DNA of 64,000 nucleotides, taken from contig QPMI01000477.1 in assembly GCA_004431415.1 (NCBI GenBank), positions 62,001-126,000 on the forward strand, read 5' to 3'. Numbering within the stretch: position 1 is the stretch's first letter; each line of letters begins with the position of its first letter. This stretch comes from Cyanophora paradoxa CCMP329. Lineage: Eukaryota > Plantae > Glaucophyta. Both the position numbers and the translations under genes were made by a program. This document shows, in pieces, positions 1 through 10,390 of the stretch. Under the pieces are notes generated by a model that was given only the letters and a program-made list of their open reading frames with translations, did not search any database and was not told the DNA's origin.

Positions 1-94
1 TTCGAACGGAATCGGAATTTTCGGAAGTTCAATAATCTTCAATCGACTGTGTCTTTTGGAAAAGAACACTGTCACTGATCGATCGATATCCGAT

Positions 95-599
95 TAGGGC
101 TGTCGCGGTACGGCGCGGTAGCGGTAGACTGGTCCTACCGACCGGCCCGGTAGACTTGCCCGGTCTACCGTCATACAAGCCCGGTAGCCATACAAATTCG
201 CCCGTTGGGGGGTAGCCGGGCGCGCCCCGGGCACCCGGACTCCCGGGCCTCCCGGCCGCCGGGCCGCCGCGCCGGGCCCGCGCACCGCCGCGCGCCGCAC
301 CGCCGGCGCCCGCGCCGCACATCACTCTGCGCCAAGGTCATGGCTGACAACCACCCCGCACTTCCTCACAACTGGGGCTCCTCACCCCGCGGCCGCAAGC
401 ACAAGCTGTAGATGCGCAAAGTAGCGTGTAAACAGTTTAGGCGCGTAGCGCCTTGGAGCTTGACGAATTTTAGCTTGATTTTGCGTCAGTTTTCGCGTAC
501 TATGCGTGCCAGCCGTGACCTACCGGGCGTACCCGGTCGGTACGGGTCAGAGAGGTCTACCGACCGGGTAGAGGGGGGGGGTCTACCGTGACAGCCCTA
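95..599. mobile_element. Non-autonomous hAT-type MITE, 505 bp
   Basis: 16-bp TIRs TAGGGCTGTCGCGGTA (95-110) and TACCGTGACAGCCCTA (584-599) with 1 mismatch. 8-bp TSD TATCCGAT at 87-94 and 600-607. Repeated subterminal CTACCG/CGGTAG motifs at both ends. No credible ORF. Confidence 0.85.
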
Positions 600-1637
600 T
601 ATCCGATGATCGCGAGTCAAAAACCATAAAACCTCCCGGGTCCGAAATCCGGCTAGCGCAGCAGCTGCCAGTGCAGCGCGCGCTCCCGTCGCCTCCCGAC
701 TCGGCGAGTCCCGACTCCCGGGTCCCGAGTCCCGACTCCCGAGCCTCGGAGTCCCGACTCCCGACTCGCCGCCAGTGATGGCATTTTTTCTAGAAACATT
801 TCTAAAAACAATTTCGAAATCAATTTCGAAATTGTTTCCGAAAAGGTCCCGAGAGACCCCCCTAATTAGGAATTGTTTCTAATAAAGGGGGGTACCCTCG
901 TTTTGCCACATTCTGCGCGAAACACGGCGAAACAACGCAATAAAATGATAGGAAACGTGATAGAAAGGTTATATAACACGATAGGAGTCTATCGTAGACG
1001 TCTAGAACCGGAACTCAGCCGCCAACAAGGCTTGCAGGGGGTACGAGGTGTGAATTTCCCTTTTGTACTGTCGCATGTTCTGATGATCCGGAAGACACGA
1101 AACTGGACTGTTACCAATAAGGAAAGCATAAGAAGGTTAAAGGGAGCGTCAGGCATCAGCAGAAGGGCCCTCGGGAGGGGCCCCTGATTTCGGAAATATT
1201 CCAAAGAATTAATATCTCTCGTTTAGACGCTTATTTGCCAAAGAATACAGTGCTTTTGCGGTGCTTGGAATGTTTTCTATGGTGCAAATATTTGCACAAT
1301 CTTTTCCAAAGCTTGCAGAAAGTTTTCAGGGCAATTTTGGGGGAGTAAACTTTACCCAACACTGCTCTGGCCATGGGCTACTACTGGCAGGCTGTGGGCC
1401 TGTGGCAGGCACTGGCAGCAACTTGGCAACGTGCAACGTTAACGGCGGCAGCTGCAGCTGCGCATGCAGGCTGCAGCAACGGCGGCAGCACCGGTACCGT
1501 GGCACACCGGTACCGCTGGACGTCCGACGGTCCGACGGTCTCCGACCGTCGTACTTCAGTACGCGTCTAGCCGCCGAGCTCTCATAGTATAGCCTAGAAT
1601 CTGCATGCGCACCAGCATGCAGATTTGTTCGTCGCAG

Positions 1638-3249
1638 ATGGCACCAGCAAGTCTGCGCACAAGTCTGGCAAGCATTAATATTAGTTTCAGCATTGTTCTC
1701 GTGAGCTTCGTGCTCGCTGTCAACGTTGTCGGGCTCGAAACCTCTGCAGCTGTACAGGCTGCAGGCCTAGGTAGCGCTGCTCGTGGACAGGATTTCTGTC
1801 CCCACAACGTTAACGAGACATCAACGGCCGCGTACTTCTCGAGCGTTCATGATCACCTATATGCAAGCGATCCTGATCATGATCAGGAAGTTGAAGTCGC
1901 GGCGCGGGCTTTCAGCAGCAAGGCGCACTCCGGATCCATTCCTGCACCATCCATATCACGCTCTGCACTTCAAGGGCTTCCTCGAGCTCCGGTGAAGCGG
2001 CCGTACGCATACAAGAAGCGAATCACCTCCGCCAATCTCATCCATGTGAAGCCGACTAGCTCGACTGGACCTCTCCCCTGCGTCCCACCAACGCAAATAA
2101 CAACCTGCGCTCCGTGCACCGCCAACACAATCTCGTACAATACCCAAGACTGGTGTGTCAACGACTGTAACGCAGGGCAAAGCATCCTAGTCAGCAATGC
2201 TCCAAACTGCGCGTGCAAGTCACCGAACTCCGACGTAGGAGGCGTTTGTACAGGTACTTGGTCACGTGAATTGATGATAATGAAGTTCGCTTCTCTCTTG
2301 AGATCTAGATCGCCATCGCAGCTCCTGCAACGCCGAGCCCGTCGCCAAGCCCGAGCCCATCGCCGAGCCCGAGCCCATCGCCGTCGGCTTCTCCGAGCCC
2401 GAGCCCCAGCGCCTCGCCCAGCCCGTCTCAGGTCGTCGAAACCACGGCGACCCCAAGCCCCAGCCCCTCGGAGGTCGCGGCTGCCACTGCGACCCCAAGC
2501 CCATGGCCACTGCAGGCTGCGACCCCGAGCCCGCTGCAGGCTGCGACCCCGAGCCCCGCGGCCGCGCAGCAGATGATGGCCACGCCGACACCTTCCGCAG
2601 TGCCTGCTGTCATCGGGCCGGTTTGTCGTTCCCGTTTATCATTCTCTTGGCATTTTCACCCGGTAATCAAATATTATAATAACAGTTCGTATATACCGCA
2701 GAAAATTACTCGAGTCGTGGTCGCTGGTGTGGCGGGCGGCCTCAGTGGGACTACCCTTGTCTTCGATGCGAACAACACCGCCCGCCTTCCGACTCCGGTC
2801 GTTCAGACAAGCAAGGCTGGTGGCGTCGTCACCATCGTTGGCGAAGGTGTGAATGTATAAATCGAACCGATTGCTAAAATCTTTTTTTGATCATGAGCGA
2901 CGACCGAATCGCTGTAGGCTTTCCCGTCAGCGCTTCAATTCGGATCATTATTGTCAATCCGGGCAACGGCAAATCTTGCCAGGCGGTGAACCCCCAAGTC
3001 CCGACCAACACTACAATTACTTTCGGTAAGCCATATGCATGGCCATGCCAGACCATCTGCATCCATAAGCATCTCGCCATGATCATGACGCTTTCTGCCT
3101 CCCAGAGATCCCGGCCGTCGACACTTGCAACCGGAACAATCTGGGGCGCCAGCTGCTCCAGGACGCGTTTTCCGCCGAGTCTGGATACAACCTTCAGATC
3201 GACAGCCCCACCAATGCCTTCCAGGCCTTCGTGCGCGCTTAATTTTTAA
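1638..3249 (+). CDS. Multi-exon host gene for a secreted Cys-rich and Ser-Pro-repeat (HRGP/mucin-like) protein; boundaries approximate
   Basis: Hydrophobic N-terminus (ISFSIVLVSFVLAV) and a Cys-rich segment (CAPC..WCVNDC..CAC). After a probable GT..CAG intron (~2254-2321) the frame reads PSPSPSPSPSPSASPSPS..ATPSP. Further GT..AG introns follow downstream. Confidence 0.55.
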
Positions 3250-3309
3250 TTTTGCTTGCGTATGCGCATTGTTGCAATTGCCGCTTACGCATCATCGGTA
3301 CCAGACGCT

Positions 3310-3717
3310 TATTATTATGGGGAGGACCCCCCCCAAATCAAACCGCCGACAAGTCTGATTTTACCTTCAGGGATCCACCCCATTTTAGCGTCATCAACTA
3401 ACATTTTCCCTGAAAAATTTTAGACGTGTTACAAGTAGATGTGTTGATGGGAAAAGCATGGATATGGAGATTGGAGGGCGTGAGAGCGAGTACAGAGAAG
3501 CTAAACGAGGAAAATGCGTTAAGCTATAGCTAGGCGATATTAATGAGTACAGAGAAGCTAAACGAGGAAACGTGTTAAGCTCTAGCTAGATGTAATTGAT
3601 GTGTACAGAGAAGCTAAACGAGGAAAAAGCGTTAAGCTATAGCCGCACGTAAGGACGGGAGCGTCAGCCAGAAGGCTTCCTGCTCTTCGAGCCCCCAGAG
3701 CGGTCTGGTGCGGCCTC
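3310..3717 (+). repeat. Left terminal inverted repeat (408 bp)
   Basis: TATTATTATGGGGAGG...GGTGCGGCCTC is the reverse complement of 22760-23167, with no mismatch seen by eye. Contains three ~56-bp GTACAGAGAAGCTAAACGAGGAAA..TTAAGCT.TAGC units. Confidence 0.97.
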
Positions 3718-3858
3718 TGGAGATGTGTCGATGACTTTATCTTTGTTTTAATTGTTTTAATTCGGAGGGTCAAGTTCACGAGAAAACTTTGCGGACGCCG
3801 TGACGTGATGCTGTGACGTGGCGAGAAAACGGCGAGATACGTGACACACAAGAGAATG

Positions 3859-3900
3859 GCGCTGATAGTGCGCTGATAGTGCGCTGATAGTGCGCTGATA
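3859..3900 (+). repeat. 11-bp tandem repeat (GCGCTGATAGT x~3.8) upstream of pPolB
   Basis: Directly visible; lies between the left TIR and the PolB ATG. Confidence 0.9.
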
Positions 3901-4007
3901 TTGACATGATATAAAGGAAACGCAGACTATGTTATCGATCAGAGATTGATGCGTTGAAACGCCAAAAACAATAGACCTCCCAATATTCATTCTGAAAGCA
4001 TAGTATA

Positions 4008-7000
4008 ATGGCGAGCGCCGCAGTACTCAAAACTGAGCTGAGGAATTTAGCGACTGAACTCTATGAGAGTGGATATATTCGTGACTCCTTTCGAAACAAG
4101 CTGTTTCGTCTGACCGATACAAGCGGACGGACCTGGTCCGGAACGATTCGTAAATACATTGCGACAATGCTGCGACTGCGGAGCACAGTTCGTCCTGCTC
4201 GTCGTTTGCCTGAGTCAAGGGTAGCGGGGCATTTTGGTGCAATAGCAGCAGCGCGTGCAAACGCTGTTCAAGCCGAGGAGGCAATCCTAGAGGACGTTCC
4301 GAACATATTTCAGGAAGTCGAAGATGTTCGAGTAACAGAAGTCCTAGACGGCGTGCTTTCTCACAGACACCATCGCTATCCGAATTTGTTGTTTGATAAG
4401 CATGTGTTTGCGATCGCACCAAATTGGAACCCGGAGGAGGTAAAAACCATAGCGATCGACATTCTTGATCACTTGGGTGTGGCGGGAATGATAGGCCGGT
4501 TTGTGATTATCCGCTTCCGCTTCGAAAAAAATCAAATGTACACAACTCAGCTGATTCAAATTGGGCAAAACGGGCTTCGAGTTTTGACCGAGAGTTTGGA
4601 TGAGCGCATCGCGCAGTGGATGGCAGCTCAAATGTCGTACGAGGAAGATGATTTCTGGGTAGTAACATCGATTGAGGTGTTGATTGCAGACAACGCGGCA
4701 GGCGCCCTGGGGAACATCCCGAAACTGCCGTTTTACCACAGGACAGTAGATAAACTGTACTGCCCGATGTCACCAACTAATGATTGCGTGCTGGAGTGTT
4801 TTGAGTACGTAAAATTAAATCCACGGGGTTTAAGTCTGAAGACAGTGATTGAAAAATTAGCGAAGGCGCCCTATACGTCTATTCGAGAGCAGATGGGACT
4901 AGCGAAGGGAATGATATCTCTCGATTGCAGGACAGTGGAAACGATCTGCAGGTTTTATTCGATTGATGCAACCGTGACGGAGTGGGAAGCAACAAAGTTT
5001 AAGGAGCTTTTTCGAACTGAGCTGAGCTTTTCAAAGCGAGCGATACTTTGCAATATAGACGGACATTGTTTCCTCGTAAAGAACGAAGCAACACTGTCTC
5101 TTGAGAAGTGCCCTTGTTGCGGAAAGATGTTTGATTTGGCGACGCACCGAGCAAACTGCAGCTTTTGCAATCAGTGCAAGCGTGCTTACGACCCGCGGAA
5201 GGACCACACATCGGAATGTCAGAAAATGACGCGGCGGCAAAATGTGATCGGGCGACAAATCAAGCCCTGCAAACCGGAGACAGAATTTTCAGCGTTGGAC
5301 AGCGTTGTCTGCGCGGATTTCGAGACGTTTGCTCCTGATAGCAAGACGCATGTTCCATACGCTATGAGCTATTGCACGATCGATAATGGGGAGATATCAC
5401 CTTGCGAGGTTGTATATGGTGAGCAAACACTGGAGACATTCATGCGATGGCTCGAGCAACGCAACGAGAATACCACGTTGATTTTCTACAACGGGTCTGG
5501 GTTTGATTATATATTCGTCTACAAATGGCTTGTGCTTAATCGAGCGGAGACTGCCGTGAACGTTCTGAGATCGAACGGAAAAATTAAGAGTATGTCGTGG
5601 AAGACTGGTGCGGGAGGGAAAATCAGCACGTTTGATCCATGTCTTCACATCCAGGCCTCGCTAAAGTCGGCATGCAAAGATTACGGGTGCACGAATGTAA
5701 AGGGAGATTTTGATCATAACAAGATTAAAACGTGGGAGGATGTTGAGCGTTTTAAATCTGAATGGGAGCCGTACGTGGAAGACGACGTTAAGGCAATGAC
5801 AGAGCTTTACATTAAATATTCGACAGCAGTCTTTGATCTGTACGGCTTAAACGTGAACACGACGCAAACAACCACAGCTTCGGCAATGGCGTTCCAGATT
5901 CATCGGCAGACTTTGATCAATCCGATTTCGCTGCCGACCTACAAGGATGATCAGGTGCTGCGCCAAGCAATATATGGTGGTCGGTGTCTCCCATTTAAAC
6001 GCAAATTCGTCTCATCGGGCCCGGATGATTATTTAGTCGACCTGGATGTTGTAAGCTTGTATCCGACGGCTATGTACGAGAATTGGTTTCCGACTGGTAA
6101 GTACAAGCATATTACGTCGCCCGATGCACTGGACAGATTCTGCAAATTTGTCCAATCGAGTCAGCGTTCGCTGATGTTTATAGCGTGCGTGGACGTGACA
6201 ATTCCGCAAAATCTGCTGCTCTCTCCGCTGCCGCGGCATGAATCAAACCTAGGCTGGTCTAATCTCAAGCCAATTGAGCGTGGTTGGTATACGTCAGTCG
6301 ATATTAATCGTGCAATTAAACTGGGATGCGAGGTGACGAAGGTGCATGAGGTATACCTGTTTGATGGTAAAGATCAGATGTTTAAGACCTACATGGAGCG
6401 GATGTACTGCCAGAAAGCTAGATCTCGCAAGGGAACAGCTCAGTATGCAACATCAAAGATTTCCATGAATGGCCTTTACGGTAAGTATTGCCAGCGGCCT
6501 GTGATCACAACCTCGGATCTGGTGACATCATACAAGCGATTTCGAGAAATTCAGCGATCAGCGCAGATCACAGACATTTCAATTGAGTCAGACACGCGGA
6601 TGTTTGTCACGTACGAGATTGAGGACTCCAAGCGTGATAGAGCTGTCACTAAACCGTGCTTTATTGGTGCATTTATTCTGTCATATTCGCGGGAGATCAT
6701 GGACAGGTTCCTGGTTGAAATAGGCGCATACTGGAGCATTGATGCAATGCCGTTTTATACTGATACGGACTCTTTGATTGTCCATCGAAAATACGCTGAT
6801 CTGCTGCGTGCAAAAGGGTATATGAAGCCATCATATGATATAGCGACGGCAACAGATGCGGACATTTGCAGACAGGAACTAGGGAAACTTGACTGTGACA
6901 TTAAAGGGCGGATTGTGGAAGCGTATTTCATTGGGCCGAAGCTTTATACGTGTGCATTTGTACGTGACAGCGATTTGCAGCTTGACCTGCATGTACGCGC

Positions 7001-7334
7001 AAAGGGGATTCCGCAATCGTGGATCCAGGAGCACTGGCTGCCGGACGAAACAGAAGCAAGGAAGGAAACCATCGCGAACAGGACTGCTCTTGACGCTTAC
7101 AAACGCATGCTGGAGGACTCAACATATCAACCTCAGTGCATGATTGAATCAAAGCTAGCGCGTGTTTATAGGCCAAACGGGCGTCAGCGGGACAGTGGAA
7201 TCGGCTTTAGTTCGATTATTCAGATACCATTTGCGCGTCAACTCAACAAGTCGCAGTATACAAAGCGCAAGATAATTCCAGACGAGTACTATAGTAGTGT
7301 CCCTCATGAGTACCGAGCAAGCGAGTCGAATTAA
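4008..7334 (+). CDS. polB: Protein-primed family B DNA polymerase (pPolB) with a long N-terminal extension
   Basis: Exonuclease motifs ADFETF, FYNGSGFDY and YVEDDV. Polymerase motifs DLDVVSLYPTAM, KISMNGLYGK and YTDTDS. Confidence 0.97.
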   Translation: MASAAVLKTELRNLATELYESGYIRDSFRNKLFRLTDTSGRTWSGTIRKYIATMLRLRSTVRPARRLPESRVAGHFGAIAAARANAVQAEEAILEDVPNIFQEVEDVRVTEVLDGVLSHRHHRYPNLLFDKHVFAIAPNWNPEEVKTIAIDILDHLGVAGMIGRFVIIRFRFEKNQMYTTQLIQIGQNGLRVLTESLDERIAQWMAAQMSYEEDDFWVVTSIEVLIADNAAGALGNIPKLPFYHRTVDKLYCPMSPTNDCVLECFEYVKLNPRGLSLKTVIEKLAKAPYTSIREQMGLAKGMISLDCRTVETICRFYSIDATVTEWEATKFKELFRTELSFSKRAILCNIDGHCFLVKNEATLSLEKCPCCGKMFDLATHRANCSFCNQCKRAYDPRKDHTSECQKMTRRQNVIGRQIKPCKPETEFSALDSVVCADFETFAPDSKTHVPYAMSYCTIDNGEISPCEVVYGEQTLETFMRWLEQRNENTTLIFYNGSGFDYIFVYKWLVLNRAETAVNVLRSNGKIKSMSWKTGAGGKISTFDPCLHIQASLKSACKDYGCTNVKGDFDHNKIKTWEDVERFKSEWEPYVEDDVKAMTELYIKYSTAVFDLYGLNVNTTQTTTASAMAFQIHRQTLINPISLPTYKDDQVLRQAIYGGRCLPFKRKFVSSGPDDYLVDLDVVSLYPTAMYENWFPTGKYKHITSPDALDRFCKFVQSSQRSLMFIACVDVTIPQNLLLSPLPRHESNLGWSNLKPIERGWYTSVDINRAIKLGCEVTKVHEVYLFDGKDQMFKTYMERMYCQKARSRKGTAQYATSKISMNGLYGKYCQRPVITTSDLVTSYKRFREIQRSAQITDISIESDTRMFVTYEIEDSKRDRAVTKPCFIGAFILSYSREIMDRFLVEIGAYWSIDAMPFYTDTDSLIVHRKYADLLRAKGYMKPSYDIATATDADICRQELGKLDCDIKGRIVEAYFIGPKLYTCAFVRDSDLQLDLHVRAKGIPQSWIQEHWLPDETEARKETIANRTALDAYKRMLEDSTYQPQCMIESKLARVYRPNGRQRDSGIGFSSIIQIPFARQLNKSQYTKRKIIPDEYYSSVPHEYRASESN

Positions 7335-8493
7335 ACAAGCTTATTATGATCCTGAAACTGGTTTTCAGTCTGCAGCACGTTTAGCTAAGCGGCTTAATCT
7401 GCCGCTCTCAAAAGTGCAGGACGTGCTTTCAAAATTAACGACGGCACAGCGTTTTGCGAAAACTGTAAAGGAAAAGCCGTCCACCAGCATTATTTACGAG
7501 GAGCCCGAAAAGTATTACGAAGTTGATTTGATTGATGTCACCCCGTATGCAAGATCAAATCGAGGGATTACATTTATTATGAACGGAATAGATGTGACGA
7601 CGCGCAAAGCGTATAGCATCCCTATGAAGACGAAATCGGAAAGCACTCTGCTAGCCAGTTTGAAGAAATTGATTGATGAACTGCCCTCGAAGCCGGACGT
7701 CATTCAGACAGATCAGGAGTTTAAGGGAACCGCAGCAGCAATGCTGGCGAGTATGGGAATCAAGCATAATGCAGTGGAGGCGCATCGCCCGCAAGCAAAC
7801 GGCAAAATAGAAAGATTTAATGGTACGCTTAAGCGCATCATTGCGAAGTACATGGATGCGTACGACACGGACAGATATATTGAAAAGCTGCCTGCTTTTG
7901 TGCGCAACTATAATTCATCAGAGCATAGGTCGATCGGTACGTCGCCGAACGCTGCAGCAGAAAATCCGAAGGAGACAATTGCACGCAATGACTACCAGAG
8001 AGAAGCGTACGAGCAACAGCACTACTTTGCACAGGCCGAATTTAAAGTAGGCGATCGCGTGCGGGTACAGCTAGAGAAAAAACGTTTCGACAAATCTTCA
8101 AAGCCGACGTATTCAAAAGAAATCTATACGATTATGGAGATAGGTGGCTTTGGACCGCTGCTCAAATTTACGCTTTCGGGCTACGACAAAGCGGTGACCT
8201 ACCAGCGACTATTGAAAGTAGCGGCAGATTCAGAGGAACGTCGTGCTGGAGGAGCAGCACAGAGAGCTATGCAACGACGAAAGAAGGAGCAAAATCTGAT
8301 GCGAGAGAAACTAGACAAGAGTGATATAGAGAAAGCGCGCAAACTCGAGCGTTTGCAAAAGCAATTATTGACTGCAGGTAAAGAGAAATTGAACCCAGGA
8401 GGTGCAACAGCGCGCTGGTATTCGTCGTTCCAGAATAAAACTGCAGCGTACTCAGCCCCTGGCAATACACGGACTCTTCGCCCACGAGCGTGA
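7306..8493 (+). CDS. int: Retroviral-like (rve) DDE integrase of Polinton type
   Basis: YEVDLID..IDVTTRK, IQTDQEF, NGKIERFNGTLK and YNSSEHRSIGTSP, plus the Polinton-type C-terminal FKVGDRVR..FDKSSKPTYSKEIY. The ATG at 7306 overlaps the end of PolB. Confidence 0.95.
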   Translation: MSTEQASRIKQAYYDPETGFQSAARLAKRLNLPLSKVQDVLSKLTTAQRFAKTVKEKPSTSIIYEEPEKYYEVDLIDVTPYARSNRGITFIMNGIDVTTRKAYSIPMKTKSESTLLASLKKLIDELPSKPDVIQTDQEFKGTAAAMLASMGIKHNAVEAHRPQANGKIERFNGTLKRIIAKYMDAYDTDRYIEKLPAFVRNYNSSEHRSIGTSPNAAAENPKETIARNDYQREAYEQQHYFAQAEFKVGDRVRVQLEKKRFDKSSKPTYSKEIYTIMEIGGFGPLLKFTLSGYDKAVTYQRLLKVAADSEERRAGGAAQRAMQRRKKEQNLMREKLDKSDIEKARKLERLQKQLLTAGKEKLNPGGATARWYSSFQNKTAAYSAPGNTRTLRPRA

Positions 8494-8541
8494 AAAAGAA
8501 AGGGCTTCATTCACGCCCCTCTTTTTACAAATTTCCATCCA

Positions 8542-8817
8542 TTACAGCGCTATAACAACGCATTGTTGGAGGGACTCTAGCAACGCTAACTTTTCGTAAA
8601 TTCGATTGCGATAGCGGCGATTTGCCTCTAAGTGATTCTCACTGTTATTGCGTTGATATTTCAAACTGGCTTCAATATGCCGTTGCCGATAATCAGGATC
8701 TTCATTGTAACGACGGCGATGGTATTCTGCACGCTTTGCTTTCCTTGCCGCAGCGATTTCAGGGGTGACAACAATTGGCTTACGCCCAGAACGCTTTGGC
8801 GATGATTCAACATCCAT
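8542..8817 (-). CDS. Small basic protein, possibly DNA-binding
   Basis: KRSGRKP motif and a R/K/Y-rich helix (KRAEYHRRRY..NRRYRNR). Fills the gap between convergent and divergent genes. Confidence 0.6.
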   Translation of the reverse strand: MDVESSPKRSGRKPIVVTPEIAAARKAKRAEYHRRRYNEDPDYRQRHIEASLKYQRNNSENHLEANRRYRNRIYEKLALLESLQQCVVIAL

Positions 8818-8926
8818 TTCTTTGATTTTCTCGTCACAAACAAGGTGCAAAATCTTTTTATGGCATAAATCGCAGGTTTGTGATGCGTTAAATTCCGAAC
8901 ATAAAATCCGAGATATAATTCAAAGA

Positions 8927-9211
8927 ATGGAAGCAGACAAGCAGCGTCGCTGTGCCGCAGGAACAATTCGTTTCGGAAAGTTCCGTGGCGAAAGTCATCT
9001 TAAAGTAGTGTTTAGCGATCCGAAGTATGCCGAATGGCTAATGTCTTGGGAACATCTCCGTGAGTACGATAAAAGGCAGTTGCAGCGTGCTTTTGAAATA
9101 TGTCAATCGAACGATCTGTCAACAGTAAACGGGATGCTTGAATATGTAGAGCGAGAGAGGAAACCAACTGTAGAAGATCTTACAGATTTGCCCGATTTTG
9201 ACTTGCCTTAA
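8927..9211 (+). CDS. Small protein with an FGKxxG..DPxYxxWL motif (DUF3820/exonuclease X C-terminal-like)
   Basis: IRFGKFRGE..SDPKYAEWL; in-frame ATG at 8927. Confidence 0.65.
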   Translation: MEADKQRRCAAGTIRFGKFRGESHLKVVFSDPKYAEWLMSWEHLREYDKRQLQRAFEICQSNDLSTVNGMLEYVERERKPTVEDLTDLPDFDLP

Positions 9212-9240
9212 AGAGATCTCAATCTCAGATTGTAAAGAAG

Positions 9241-9804
9241 ATGGAGGTCACAATTCCAGAAGGCGCTGTAGCGATACCGCTTGGTGGAATTCGCAATCAT
9301 CGTCGAGTCATCGTTGCTTATGCTCTTGTTTCACAGGATGATGCTCAGCGCGTGCTTGGATTCCGCTGGAGTTTACATAATTTTGGATATGCTCAAACCA
9401 CGATCAACAGAAAGACCGTGTTGTTGCATAACTTCATCAGCGGCGAACTCGAAAACGGTTTAACTATCGATCATATCAACAACGATCCAAAAGATAATCG
9501 TCGCGAAAATCTTCGACTGGCAACAAAGCGGCAGCAGACTCTAAACCGTGGCCAGCAGCGCAATAACACCAGCGGTTTCATTGGTGTATCGTTCCATCAG
9601 CAGCGTGGTAAATGGCAGGCGTATTGTAAGATGAATGGGCGTCAAAAGCACATTGGTTACTTTGCAACCGCAGAAGAAGCTGCTAAAGCCAGAGACACCT
9701 ATGCCCTTGATCAAACTTCCGCCGAGGACCGTCCATTTCTGCGTCTGAATTTCACAACCGAATCCGCCGTCCACCCAGAGCTCCCTTCATCTGTGAGCTT
9801 GTAG
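9241..9804 (+). CDS. HNH endonuclease fused to an AP2 DNA-binding domain
   Basis: HNH motif IDHINNDPKDNRRENLR; AP2 motif NTSGFIGVS..KWQAY..HIGYFATAEEAAKARD. Confidence 0.93.
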   Translation: MEVTIPEGAVAIPLGGIRNHRRVIVAYALVSQDDAQRVLGFRWSLHNFGYAQTTINRKTVLLHNFISGELENGLTIDHINNDPKDNRRENLRLATKRQQTLNRGQQRNNTSGFIGVSFHQQRGKWQAYCKMNGRQKHIGYFATAEEAAKARDTYALDQTSAEDRPFLRLNFTTESAVHPELPSSVSL

Positions 9805-10381
9805 AATTCGCTTCAGACACATAAGGCGTTGCGGGCTTTACAGCAGCGTCATCGAGAGCTTGTGAAGCCTTCTCTTTTTCGTTTTTGAGATAGCGTAAAT
9901 CAGGTGCATCCATCACTCTTGTCTTAAACATTTCGCTTCGCAACATCTCACGAATTTTAGCTCTCTCTTGCTTGTCTTTTACGTAGCTCTCGATATTAGC
10001 CGATCGAGCCTCGAGATCTCGCAATTTAGCAGCTAGTTCATCAAATTGTGACTTTGATACCGTTGGTTGTTTAATCTTAGGACCTGAATAGCGTGGTTCA
10101 GAGGCCATGGCTTGGATAATTCTAGCAGCATCATCATCGATATCAGACTGCATTTCGTTTACAATTTTGACCTGGCTTTGTCGATCGTCAACCGCACTTG
10201 CATTAGCTGCTGCCGAGGCGATCGTTTTCGCTACAGGGGCATTTAATTGGGGGTTACTTGCGAGTTCCCCGCTAGGATTAGCAACAGCTGCGCCTTCAGT
10301 CGACCCACTTTCAACTAGTGGTTCAACAACATTAACCTTGCGTCTTTCACGATAACCCTTTTTAGGAATCCCGCGACCCAT
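9752..10381 (-). CDS. Hypothetical viral protein with basic ends and a coiled-coil, possibly a core protein
   Basis: 209-aa ORF with an A-rich start context, directly downstream of the ATPase. Confidence 0.65.
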   Translation of the reverse strand: MGRGIPKKGYRERRKVNVVEPLVESGSTEGAAVANPSGELASNPQLNAPVAKTIASAAANASAVDDRQSQVKIVNEMQSDIDDDAARIIQAMASEPRYSGPKIKQPTVSKSQFDELAAKLRDLEARSANIESYVKDKQERAKIREMLRSEMFKTRVMDAPDLRYLKNEKEKASQALDDAAVKPATPYVSEANSTSSQMKGALGGRRIRL

Positions 10382-10390
10382 CTTATTTTA

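Noticed and set aside
690-770. CCCGACT/CCCGAGT heptamer-like repeats as a telomere or CRISPR array
   Set aside because: Irregular, short and mixed in orientation, with no spacers; treated as low-complexity DNA.
3486-3645. Repeats in the TIR as a CRISPR array
   Set aside because: The intervening sequences are similar to each other, no cas genes are present, and the repeats are mirrored in both TIRs.
3582-3851. ORFs overlapping the TIRs (also 22677-22895)
   Set aside because: Their identical peptides simply reflect the inverted repeat, and they have non-ATG starts.
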